A stretch of DNA of 64,000 bases. Origin: a virus. Numbering within the stretch: the stretch's first letter is position 1; each line of letters opens with the position of its first letter. Location of the stretch: IMG/VR virus record IMGVR_UViG_3300003321_000095, positions 7,233-71,232 of that record; one strand, given 5' to 3'. Below the pieces are notes generated by a model. It saw only the letters and a program-made list of their open reading frames with translations. It did no database searches and had not been told where the DNA came from. Positions 7,880 to 17,500 of this stretch are shown piece after piece. Made by a program: the position numbers and the translations under genes.

Positions 7880-8371
7880 TTGAGGTATTATTATGAAGCA
7901 ATTCGCTACGCCGGTAGACTAAATCTATATCCACCCTTCGAGGCTCGTGATCTCGTACACGATTCTTACGTTGCTTGGTACAACAAGACAAAAAGCAATT
8001 TGTTCGAAGAGTCTCCCCGCACAATATTTTCTGTTGTCCGAAACGTCTTTAGAGATAAACTCAAGCGTAGTACTTGGACATACGACAAAGAGAACCAGGG
8101 AACGAGACAAATATTCACGTTCGAAGATCAGTTGTCTTACGATATTACTCCTCTCGATGAAGTTATAGGAGAAGAAACGAAGAACGAATTAGTCAATTTG
8201 ATCGAAACAACTACACCACCTCTCAAAGACATTTTGTATTTGAGGATGGAAGGTTACACTAACAAAGAAATATCGGAAGCCTTATCTAAAAGCAAAGCGT
8301 TTGTTACACATCATCTTAAAAAAGTAAAATGGTTCAAGGACAGAAGGGGAAGATCTCGGTCTACGATATAG
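7880..8371 (+). CDS. ECF-type RNA polymerase sigma factor (regions 2 and 4)
   Basis: EARDLVHDSYVAWY...IFSVVRNVFRDKLKR (region 2) and ILYLRMEGYTNKEISEALSKSKAFVTHHL (region 4.2 HTH); 163 aa. Confidence 0.75.
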   Translation: MRYYYEAIRYAGRLNLYPPFEARDLVHDSYVAWYNKTKSNLFEESPRTIFSVVRNVFRDKLKRSTWTYDKENQGTRQIFTFEDQLSYDITPLDEVIGEETKNELVNLIETTTPPLKDILYLRMEGYTNKEISEALSKSKAFVTHHLKKVKWFKDRRGRSRSTI

Positions 8372-10263
8372 AAACTCTCGCTAACGTGTTCTCGTGTACC
8401 TTCTTAGATATCAAAACTAAGGAGGTACGTTCGTTTTTGGTGACACCGTGGGTTAATGAATGGGCTTTATTCGCCCAGTATTACCTCTCTCACGGGGGGC
8501 TTATTGGTTTCAACAACGTCGACTTTGATGAAAGAGTCGTGCATCCTTTCTTAGATGAAGCAGATAAATATTCATCGATGTCAGGTGAAGAATTAGTCAT
8601 CTTAATCAAGAAACGAGCAAACGAAGTAATCAAAGAAGACTTTAAGGAGCAGCGAGTACCACCACACGTGCCCCAACGAGATCTCTTCAAAATATGGCAC
8701 TTCAATAACAAGGCTCGGATGACGTCGTTGAAGTATCTTCAGATTAACATGGGTTGGAAGGATTGTCGTGAGATGCCCTTCGCCCACGATAGTGTCCTGA
8801 CACCAGAGCAAATACCAGAACTACTCTCATACAACTTGAACGACTGCGAGTCAACCCTGGCATTCTATCACCTGTCTAAAGATAAAATCCGTCTCCGCAA
8901 CAAACTTGGTGAGAAGTATGGCGTCAACATGGGTAACTTCAACGATGGTAAGATAGGGGAGGCGATATTCTTGAAAGAGATTAGCAAGAGGACTGGGAGG
9001 ACGGAGCGAGATATCAGATCAAGAAACACACCCCGCAAGAACATCGTCATCAATGATCTCCTCGTGCCAGGTATAATGTTTAAGTCAGCCCCCTTCAACA
9101 AAGTACTCTCTGATTACAAGAAAATGGTAGTAACTTCTACTAAAAAAGCTAAGAAACAGGCTCTTTACTGTAACTTTGATGGGGTTCAATATGAATTTGG
9201 ATTTGGAGGTATACACGCATGTCGAGGTAACGGCCTGTACCATAATGTGACCTCTGCCGACGTGTCATCATACTATCCTAACATCGCGATCAAGAACAGG
9301 ATCTATCCACTACATCTGGGGCCTGTCTACTGTGACGTATACGATCTCATCTACCAGGAGAGGCGCTCTTATGACAAAGAGTCTGACGAGAGTAAAGGTC
9401 TCAAACTGACACTCAACATACCTTTCGGACAATCAAATAGTAAATGGTCGATATTCTACGATCCCTTATATACGATGAGTATAACGGTGAACGGGCAGCT
9501 TCTTCTAGCAATGCTGTGTGAAAGATTGACTTTAGAGGGGGCTGGTAAGATTATCATGGCGAATACGGATGGTATCGAATTAGACCTGTACGACAAGGCT
9601 AAGTTCGACAAAATCTGCCAGGAGTGGCAAGATCAGACAAGATTGACGCTTGAGTTCTCTAAATATACGAAATTGTTCATTAGGGATGTGAATGCATACG
9701 TCGGGTTGAAGGAGAAAGGCGAGCCTAAACTCAAGAACGATTTCGAGATTGAGAAGGAGATTTACAAGGACCAGTCGATGAGAATTGTGCCGATTGCGGT
9801 CTTGGCGTATTTTCAGTCGGGCACACCAGTCGAAGAAACTATTAGAAATTGTAAAGATATTTCTAAGTTTTTGTTGGGAAAAAGGGCTAAAACGGGTAAT
9901 TTAGAGTATAGAGACGCAAGTTCTGGTCAATTAGTAAAACAAAAGTTACCTAAAAACGTTAGGTACTTTATTAGCAGAACAGGTGGTTCTATCGTCAAAC
10001 TCACTAAACTGACAGATAAGCAAAAGAAGAAGGAAGAGGTGCCGGAGAATCAGTTGTCTATGTTTGGTGAGAAGGTGGGGAAAATCAAGGGGGCACCAGT
10101 TGAGAAGGTGAAAGTAACATCGACTCACAAAGGCTACAGAAAGACTCTCTTCAACAAGTGGTTCGACGTACCATTCGACGACTATGGAGTAGAATTACAG
10201 TTTTACGTTAGAGAGGCTAACAAGTTAATCAACAGTGTTTTAAATAATCAGACAGAGATATGA
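8329..10263 (+). CDS. polB: family B DNA polymerase (crAss-like)
   Basis: ExoI YDIET, ExoII GFNNVDFD, ExoIII YNLND; motif A SADVSSYYP, motif B KLTLNIPFG, motif C NTDGI. Confidence 0.93.
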   Translation: MVQGQKGKISVYDIETLANVFSCTFLDIKTKEVRSFLVTPWVNEWALFAQYYLSHGGLIGFNNVDFDERVVHPFLDEADKYSSMSGEELVILIKKRANEVIKEDFKEQRVPPHVPQRDLFKIWHFNNKARMTSLKYLQINMGWKDCREMPFAHDSVLTPEQIPELLSYNLNDCESTLAFYHLSKDKIRLRNKLGEKYGVNMGNFNDGKIGEAIFLKEISKRTGRTERDIRSRNTPRKNIVINDLLVPGIMFKSAPFNKVLSDYKKMVVTSTKKAKKQALYCNFDGVQYEFGFGGIHACRGNGLYHNVTSADVSSYYPNIAIKNRIYPLHLGPVYCDVYDLIYQERRSYDKESDESKGLKLTLNIPFGQSNSKWSIFYDPLYTMSITVNGQLLLAMLCERLTLEGAGKIIMANTDGIELDLYDKAKFDKICQEWQDQTRLTLEFSKYTKLFIRDVNAYVGLKEKGEPKLKNDFEIEKEIYKDQSMRIVPIAVLAYFQSGTPVEETIRNCKDISKFLLGKRAKTGNLEYRDASSGQLVKQKLPKNVRYFISRTGGSIVKLTKLTDKQKKKEEVPENQLSMFGEKVGKIKGAPVEKVKVTSTHKGYRKTLFNKWFDVPFDDYGVELQFYVREANKLINSVLNNQTEI

Positions 10264-10357
10264 CACCGTGGTGGATAAGTTCAGCACCTTTGCTTTTCTA
10301 CTTTATAGTGTGGTTTGTAATCATGGGAATATTGATTTTTACTAAAAGAAAAGACAA

Positions 10358-10615
10358 ATGACAATTCAATACATAAAAGAAGACGGGACGATTTACGCGA
10401 TCAGTGAAGACTGTGAGTACAAGAAGAGAATGTATGACGAGTTGATGTGGGCGGAGATCGAGACTAACGATGCTGGTGATGTACTCCTGAAATGGGAGGA
10501 TGATTATATGAAGCCTGTTATCTGCGAAAGCGTCAGTCAAGCAAAGACAACCATACAAAACGATCACATGTTACACACACCTCACGTTAACGGAGCATCT
10601 TACGAAATCAAATAA
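10358..10615 (+). CDS. hypothetical protein
   Basis: 85-aa acidic ORF, operonic. Confidence 0.65.
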   Translation: MTIQYIKEDGTIYAISEDCEYKKRMYDELMWAEIETNDAGDVLLKWEDDYMKPVICESVSQAKTTIQNDHMLHTPHVNGASYEIK

Positions 10616-10618
10616 GTT

Positions 10619-11860
10619 ATGTCAAATTTAATAGGACGATATTTAAAAGCGAAAAGACGCGGTGCTAAGGGGATAAATATAGAAGAAGGAGAGTATATCC
10701 TCCTAACGGGGGACGGACTCGGTAAATCTCATACACCGAAGCCCCATCAAAAGAATTTAAGTTGGTCTGTTCACGGTCCCTATGATGACGGAGATTTCGA
10801 GTTAATGCCGGAAGGATGGTCACCAACCACGTCAGAAGCATCCACCAAACCAACACTCGAAGAAGTTAAGAGAAGGTATCCTATTGGTACGAAGTTTTAT
10901 TGTGCTCATCTCACCAAACAAAAAGATCAAATTGGTGAAGTTAAGACATACAACAATATACAAATCGGTGAGAGAATGATCACATTGGATTGTAGTTGTT
11001 GTTATGGTTGGACACCAAATCTGATGTGGGATGGTAAGTGGGCTGAGATAGTAAGTTTACCAGCAACAAATGGAGCAACCCCCTCCTTCGTCTCTGGCGA
11101 TTGGTTCTTTCCGACAGATCCTAATTGGGGCAAAGCAGTAGCCTTATCTGGTAAGGCTCATCAAATCACGAGAATAGAGGACACCTGGTTATATATAAAC
11201 AATGACCTATATTCTATTCATATCTCAAATGTTCGCAAAGCCACTCCCGAAGAGATTAGGAAGGCTAAGGGTGAGCCGGATGATTGGTGCGTGAAAGTTA
11301 CAAAAGATAACAGAGAGGTTGTGAGGAAATGGATGAACGACGATAGATACGCCTACACGACAGAAGGTTTTTATGGATTAAAAGAAGGAAAGAAATACGG
11401 TTATGGTTCTCTCTGGGCCTTAGTCATCTCAACCGAAGAGTTCTACAAGAAGATAGGTCATGTTGAGAAAACACCCGATGTCTTCAGATTTAAGATGGGT
11501 GATAAGGTCAGAACGAAAAGTTTACACTGGCAGTCGTGGACTGGTACAAATAGCGGTAAAATAGTTATTAATCGTGTAGATAAAAACCAATCGATTATAG
11601 CGCAGAAAATAAATAATGATGGCGTTTGGTATCAGTTAGAAAAAGGTGGAAATTGGTATTTAGAGGATGGTCTGGAATCAGAAGAGACTGCGCAAAAACT
11701 CGAAGACTACTGCAAGATAGATGTGGAGACTGTCTATAAATTTGGCATCGACCCTATCGATAAAATATCTAAAGAAAATCATCAAACTTTAGAACTTTAT
11801 CATCAGGCTCCCGTTATAATGAAAAGAAAAACTTCTAAAAATAAACTTTTAACAATCTAA
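10619..11860 (+). CDS. mosaic multi-domain protein (F/Y-x-x-GD-x-V ... RKATxEEI modules); paralog of 60595-61989
   Basis: Repeated small SH3-like modules; C-terminal YHQAPVIMKRKTSKNKLLTI. Confidence 0.75.
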   Translation: MSNLIGRYLKAKRRGAKGINIEEGEYILLTGDGLGKSHTPKPHQKNLSWSVHGPYDDGDFELMPEGWSPTTSEASTKPTLEEVKRRYPIGTKFYCAHLTKQKDQIGEVKTYNNIQIGERMITLDCSCCYGWTPNLMWDGKWAEIVSLPATNGATPSFVSGDWFFPTDPNWGKAVALSGKAHQITRIEDTWLYINNDLYSIHISNVRKATPEEIRKAKGEPDDWCVKVTKDNREVVRKWMNDDRYAYTTEGFYGLKEGKKYGYGSLWALVISTEEFYKKIGHVEKTPDVFRFKMGDKVRTKSLHWQSWTGTNSGKIVINRVDKNQSIIAQKINNDGVWYQLEKGGNWYLEDGLESEETAQKLEDYCKIDVETVYKFGIDPIDKISKENHQTLELYHQAPVIMKRKTSKNKLLTI

Positions 11861-11870
11861 ACAATTAAAA

Positions 11871-12215
11871 ATGGGAAAGTTTCTCAATTATGTGAAAGAG
11901 GTCACCGCTCGTTTAACAGGTGATGAAGCAGGTGCTATTGCGGCGTTCAACGCTCGTAAGGCCGAAAGTGCACTGAATGGTCAAATTGCCGCTCTCAAGG
12001 CAAAACAGGTCGATGACGAAGGATCTCTGGACGATGCTAAGGAGGCTCTCAAGGCAGCTTATTATCCTACCACAAAGATCAGCGACAACAAGAGTTATGT
12101 CGATGGTATTCGTCGTGCCCAGGAACGCGTAGACGCAGCACAAGAGACACTCGATAACACGACGTCTTCTGTGAAGTACTACGAAGGGCTGATCGCTGAG
12201 TTCGACAAGGCGTAA
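11871..12215 (+). CDS. helical coiled-coil hypothetical protein
   Basis: 114-aa Ala-rich ORF with a strong AT-rich leader. Confidence 0.75.
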   Translation: MGKFLNYVKEVTARLTGDEAGAIAAFNARKAESALNGQIAALKAKQVDDEGSLDDAKEALKAAYYPTTKISDNKSYVDGIRRAQERVDAAQETLDNTTSSVKYYEGLIAEFDKA

Positions 12216-12231
12216 AGAAAGGCTCGCGTTG

Positions 12232-12311
12232 ACCTGTCCACGGCGAGAATTTTCTAGCAATAGAAGACGTCAAATAGTGGAGGTGTGACAGACGGGGAGA
12301 GACCCGTACAC
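12232..12311 (+). ncRNA. putative structured ncRNA with a GACA-stem-GGAGAGAC-stem module (copy 2), abutting the tRNA
   Basis: TCCAC/GTGGA, GGCG/CGTC and TTCTA-GCAA-TAGAA (GNRA loop), then GTGT-GACA-GACGG-GGAGAGAC-CCGT-ACAC. Confidence 0.6.
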
Positions 12312-12383
12312 GAAGAAGTAGCTCATAGTAGAGCGTCGGACTGATAAACCGAAGGTAGGTGGCTCGTATGCCATCCTTCTTCT
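12312..12383 (+). tRNA. tRNA-Ile(GAT), non-canonical
   Basis: Acceptor GAAGAAG/CTTCTTC; D-arm GCTC/GAGC; anticodon arm TCGG(A)-CTGATAA-(A)CCGA; T-arm GGTGG/CCATC with loop CTCGTATG; no encoded CCA. Confidence 0.7.
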
Positions 12384-12397
12384 CTTAATCAAATTTT

Positions 12398-12724
12398 ATG
12401 AAAGAAGAAAAGACATTATCGGAATCATTGGGTGAATTGTGTATAGCGGTATTCTTGATGATACACGGCATACTCGCATGGTCGTTGGTAGGACTACTGT
12501 CTTATGATTGGTTCATCAAACCGCTTAATTTGATATACACACCCTCGTTCACCTACGCTAACTTTGTAGGAATAACTATGTTTTTGGCTGTGATTTTTCA
12601 TTCGTCTTGGATTCATCTAATAAAGGACGAGTATAAGGTATCAAAATCAACACAGAATGGTTACAGCATTATCAATCCGTGGTTGTTTCTTCTGGTATCG
12701 TACATCGGTCATTTGTTTTTATGA
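12398..12724 (+). CDS. membrane protein (3 predicted TM segments)
   Basis: Three hydrophobic stretches. Confidence 0.7.
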   Translation: MKEEKTLSESLGELCIAVFLMIHGILAWSLVGLLSYDWFIKPLNLIYTPSFTYANFVGITMFLAVIFHSSWIHLIKDEYKVSKSTQNGYSIINPWLFLLVSYIGHLFL

Positions 12725-12889
12725 CAAAGAAGCAAAAGCAAATGCTCAAATCTATGATCAAAACTCTGAAAATTGATTTGAAGAACGCTGCCGGTGATTG
12801 TAGGGAAACAGCGAATGCATACGTTGATGCAGAAGTCGCTTATCGAAAAATAGAAAGAACTCTCGAACTGGCTCAATCTAAACTGAAAA

Positions 12890-13087
12890 ATGGCTGATAA
12901 GATAGAGTTAGAGGATGGTGCCTGGTACGATGTCAAAGAATTTGCTTGGTCAAGATATTATATTGGTTATCTCGAATCAAGACTTCACGCTGCTCCGAAT
13001 GGACCGCCCATCGATAGTGAAGAATACAAATCAATACGAGATCAATTCGATTCAGAATGGCTACAGAAGATAAAAAAGAACAGTTAG
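12890..13087 (+). CDS. hypothetical protein
   Basis: 65-aa ORF overlapping its neighbours in the operon. Confidence 0.55.
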   Translation: MADKIELEDGAWYDVKEFAWSRYYIGYLESRLHAAPNGPPIDSEEYKSIRDQFDSEWLQKIKKNS

Positions 13088-13479
13088 CGATCATCAAGAT
13101 CCACGAACTGATCAACTTTCTCGCTCAGAACGTTGAGTCACAAGATATCCACAGTTTAGGTACCAAGATGTCAGAACTCGCTGTGTGGACAGCAAACTTT
13201 GCTAGTCAGGTTGGAGACGCTCACGCTCTAATGAATGATCTGGAACACGAGTACAAGACTCTGGTTGCGGAGTACATCAAAGACAACGGTCAAGGGAAGG
13301 GAGAGTTGGGAAAGGCTGAGAGAGCGGCAGAATTGAAGTACGCCGACAAGAAGAAGGAATACATTACTTGGAAGAACACTTACAAGAAACTCTCTCTTAA
13401 GTTAGAGAGTATTGATCGAATCATCGATGTGTTCAAGCAGAGGGTGAGTGCGCTTAAACAAGAAATGAAACATATATGA
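13057..13479 (+). CDS. coiled-coil protein, possibly a UvsY-like recombination mediator
   Basis: 140 aa, all helical; KAERAAE...Y......LESIDRIIDVFKQRVS.LKQE C-terminal pattern. Confidence 0.4.
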   Translation: MATEDKKEQLAIIKIHELINFLAQNVESQDIHSLGTKMSELAVWTANFASQVGDAHALMNDLEHEYKTLVAEYIKDNGQGKGELGKAERAAELKYADKKKEYITWKNTYKKLSLKLESIDRIIDVFKQRVSALKQEMKHI

Positions 13480-13769
13480 AAAGAATCATCTTACTCGTTA
13501 TCGTGATAGCAACACTCGTGTCGTGTGGTCAATCGATCAAAGAAGGAACTGTTGAAAAAGACAATCTCGTACCTCTCGAACTATCCGATTCTACACAATG
13601 GAGAACGGTCCAGGTTTACGAGACTAAACATCACGATCTTTACGTCAGAGAGAACGATCAATTATACAAAGTAGATACGATTGATTTCGGAAATACTTTC
13701 GGTCTTGTGTTCCTTATGTTGATAATTGTTTTCGTCATCGGTGTGATCATAGGTTTATTGGAACGATAA
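13476..13769 (+). CDS. lipoprotein with C-terminal TM helix (u-spanin-like topology)
   Basis: LVSC lipobox at residue 17; C-terminal hydrophobic helix. Confidence 0.55.
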   Translation: MKRIILLVIVIATLVSCGQSIKEGTVEKDNLVPLELSDSTQWRTVQVYETKHHDLYVRENDQLYKVDTIDFGNTFGLVFLMLIIVFVIGVIIGLLER

Positions 13770-13997
13770 ATGATTCACCTCTTCAAACACTCACTCGACA
13801 GAGTTGACATTTTTGTCTATGGTATAGACGCAGACAAACGTCTGATCACCTACGAAGCAAGAGACAAAGAAAAGGGGATGCTGATGGAACCCCGTCATAC
13901 ATCCCCCTATGAGATACTAGATGGTAAAGTCTGCTTCGACTCTATTCGGTGGATTTCTCTACCGACTTGGATGCAGATGGCTGCGACCCTGTCCTAA
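13770..13997 (+). CDS. hypothetical protein; last gene of the + arm
   Basis: 75-aa ORF directly after the upstream stop; overlaps the convergent gene. Confidence 0.55.
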   Translation: MIHLFKHSLDRVDIFVYGIDADKRLITYEARDKEKGMLMEPRHTSPYEILDGKVCFDSIRWISLPTWMQMAATLS

Positions 13998-14211
13998 GCC
14001 CGATCAACTGTTCAATAGTCACCACACCCAACAACAAGAGAGCAAACGACAACCACACCATAGTCAGTTCGACTACGTTACGATCATCACCGAATCTCCC
14101 CGTGATGTAGATGGCTGTGATGACGCCCACCAAAGCTGATAACTTCCTGGCGCTATAACCACCCTTTTCAGTAGTAAGACTGAGTAGTACGTTTCTTACG
14201 ACTTGCCTCAT
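13942..14211 (-). CDS. holin-like 2-TM membrane protein
   Basis: SARKLSALVG...2 TM helices and a charged C-tail; at the end of the late operon. Confidence 0.55.
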   Translation of the reverse strand: MRQVVRNVLLSLTTEKGGYSARKLSALVGVITAIYITGRFGDDRNVVELTMVWLSFALLLLGVVTIEQLIGLRTGSQPSASKSVEKSTE

Positions 14212-14390
14212 TTACCACTCCACACTTGTGCGGGCTGGTAACCCTCTCCCCTGGTTCCACCATTGTCCATACCCTTCTTTTTAGAGAAAGAATACTCGAT
14301 AGTAGTGTCACTAGAGATTGGAGCCTTTTTGTTGAAAGAGTAAGGAGTTACGTCCTGCTTACCTGCCATAGATACTTCTTTGTTTTTCAT
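14208..14390 (-). CDS. small hypothetical protein
   Basis: 60-aa ORF with ATGA coupling on both sides. Confidence 0.55.
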   Translation of the reverse strand: MKNKEVSMAGKQDVTPYSFNKKAPISSDTTIEYSFSKKKGMDNGGTRGEGYQPAQVWSGK

Positions 14391-14599
14391 AGTTTTAGTT
14401 TATTGATTAGTTTCTTTGTGTAATGTGCAACGAATGCACCGATGAATCCTGTCAACGCAGCACCCACCACCGAATGAATAATAGTCAGTAGTATTTCGTG
14501 TGCGATTGCAGAACCCGCTGCTCCACCCGTTATGAATCCTGTGACCTCGTAAATGTTATTGTTGATCCAACTATTGTGGAGTAGTACTGATTTATTCAT
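14387..14599 (-). CDS. small membrane protein (holin/antiholin-like)
   Basis: Gly/Ala-rich hydrophobic helices and a basic C-terminus. Confidence 0.5.
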   Translation of the reverse strand: MNKSVLLHNSWINNNIYEVTGFITGGAAGSAIAHEILLTIIHSVVGAALTGFIGAFVAHYTKKLINKLKL

Positions 14600-17500
14600 T
14601 GATGTAATTTATTTGGGGTTCACGATATTTTCTTTTACCTGGTTTTTGAAGTCTTCTTTCTCGGTCGATTGCATTGACTACATCAGAGGGCATTTTACCA
14701 TTGATGTTGAGACCATACAACGCCGCAACCAGCAGTGTAAACCGTTGCTGTTCTGGTGTTAATTTCTTGATCTTATCACCCACCCTTCGTTCACCACTCA
14801 ATCCTTCTTCAAGAACAGAAGCAGCCTTAAACAGTTTCTCTGGACCAGCACCGTATGGTCCCATGATATCGGCGATTTGTTCGACCGGTGATGTAGGGCC
14901 ACCTTTGTATTCGTACAGAGGGTCTTTGTAGTTAAGAAGTCTGTCTGACGCGTCGTTGATCGTCGAGACGAGAGCTTTTTGGCCAGGATCAGTGAGTACG
15001 ATAGGTAAAAGATCACCCACCATGTTGGCTTTCCACATATTAATTGCGTTCTCCCAATCCTTTTCTCCCCTCTTCTTATCTTCAGGAAGGTCGAATAGAC
15101 CAGCAATGTACTGCCCTATCTGTGACCAAACGTATATTTTGAGTGCCGCCGATACAGTCTGAAACGCTACCTGCTCAGTAACAGTCCCTGCTAGATCTTT
15201 AGCAGCCGCTTTTTTCTGTTCAGAATTACCAGCAACGAGAGAACGAATATCTCCCCACATTCTAATTTTGGTATTTGTGGAGAACGTTCCAAAAGGCACC
15301 AATAACGCTTTAGCGACCTGCGCAAAGGCTGACTGGTCTTTTACCCTCTTACCTAATTCGGCGGGATTAGAGACGACCTGAAGGGCATCTACGCGTTGTT
15401 TGGCGTAAGCCCTGGCTTCTTGCCTGACCTTATCAGTCTTCTGTTCTGTTTCCTTCTTAAAACCCTCCCATTTTTCGCCGTTCTGCTGAAGATAGTCTTT
15501 GTAGAAGGTGAGGTAACTTACCTTAGCCGCACTCACGTCAGCCCACACAAGAGGTTTAAGACCCAACCAACCCTCGAAACGTTTGTCGACAAAATCGTTA
15601 ACGTTTTTCTGTATTTGATCGGCTTTGGTGGTGCCGGTGAGTTCGCCAAGAGATAACTGTGATTTCTGCGTACCCCTCAAACTGATTGATTCTCCTTTGA
15701 AGAAGGCATCTTTCGATTCTTGAGAACCCCTGCTTAGATCGCCGATACTAGTAAACATATTACCAGCGTTTCCTGAATTGATTGCAATATTCGAAAGTAC
15801 CGTCAACTGTTTGGGTATCTGGGAGAAGCCGCTCAAGGACAATGTGTAACCAATCTTCCTGAGAGGATTAAGAATTGCTGCGATATTCCTTTCTGTTGAA
15901 TCGGGCACCTTGCGAGATGCGACGTGATCTTCAAAGTCAAAGTAACTACCGTCTCTCTTGTTGAATATTTTATTGTAGAGATCGTTTGCTTTTTTAATTG
16001 AGTCGGGGTCACCCTCTTTAGCACCAAACAACTTAGCCATATCTTCCTGACGAGATAAGTTCTCGCGAACCTGAAGCATCGGTAGCATCCCTTCTATACC
16101 AAACACTGCATTCTTAACACCTCTCGTCATGTTCATGTGCTTGTTGAAGTCTAATACAGCATCAGTACGCTCACCCCCTGTAAATTCTTTGGCTGAAGAA
16201 ATTTGTTTTGGTTTGTTGGCGGCGCTGGTGAATGGAGAAGGCGCATTGTCGGGATTAATCGCTCCAAATTCTTCCATATCACTTTCAAAACCCATTCCTT
16301 TCTTTCGCCATGTACGAGGTCCGCTATAGTTATTCACCTTAGTAGTCTTCTTGTTAAAGAAACGGTCGTTATATGCAGCAATCTCATCGGCGAAGGGTCT
16401 ATAATAATCAATAGCGTAATCGATTACCTTCTTACCACCCTCATCAACCTGACCCATTATACGTTCTGCGTCAGAGATTGTCAGAGCGTTTTTGAATGGT
16501 TCATACAGACTATTGATTCGATCTGCTTCTTTCACCTCACCAACCTTACGATGATTCTCGATAGACTGTTCAATAACACGTTTGTTCTGAGCGAGTGCTT
16601 CGGTGGGGTCTTCGTCCTCGTTGTACCTGATCAGTTCAGAATAGATGCCCTGCCTGATGATTGAGTCGTCCTGAAAAGCTTTCTTATATTTCTTACGGAG
16701 TTCGTCCAGTCCCCTCACAAATTGTTCTTCGGAGGTTACTGCCTTAACCGAAGCATCTCCTACTCCCTTCATACCCATGTATAATTGAAAAAGAGCAGCG
16801 TTTTTTGGTAGGCCAGTTATGGCTTGCAACGCCACTGGTAAACTCGCCCAGTTATTTCCCAGATCGGTTATGTTGAGAATCTTCCAGTCTTTCGATACTT
16901 TTTGTAATTCTTTAAAGTCTTGTTGAGCCTTTGAAATCGCTGTCAATCTACCAACACCACCCCAGTCCTCATTTGTGTGAATCCTATCAACTACCTTAAT
17001 AAAATCTTTCAGTTGTTGATTGGTTAGAAGTGACAAATCGATGTTCTTAAGACCCTCAATATCGTCCTTAGCATATTTACCATCCCCTTCAATCTCACCT
17101 TCTTCGAATGTGTTCTTTGCTTGATCGGCGGTATTTTGTAATGCTGTCCTTATCTGTTCTGCTTTCTCTTTGTTAGCGGCTGCTTTCTCGGCGGGAGTTT
17201 CTTCTGTCAAAAGAATTTGGGCTTCTTCGAAAGAAAGACCAAGATCTTCTGCTAGTTTTTCTGCTCTCTCTCTTTCAGCAACCTCTGCGCTATTTGGTTG
17301 TTGAGAGACGTAGTTGCTTATATCAGACAGGTTGAGTGTCTTACGATTCTTAACGTCGCCGAAAGTCTCAGCAATCCCCTCAGCTTGTTTCAAATACTGA
17401 TCAATGTCAACTTGTGAAGGGTCGACTTTACTGAATGATTTGAGAGCATCTTTTTCTCGCCAGGATAACCCCTCGCTACCTTTCCTCTTCTTGATTCTAC

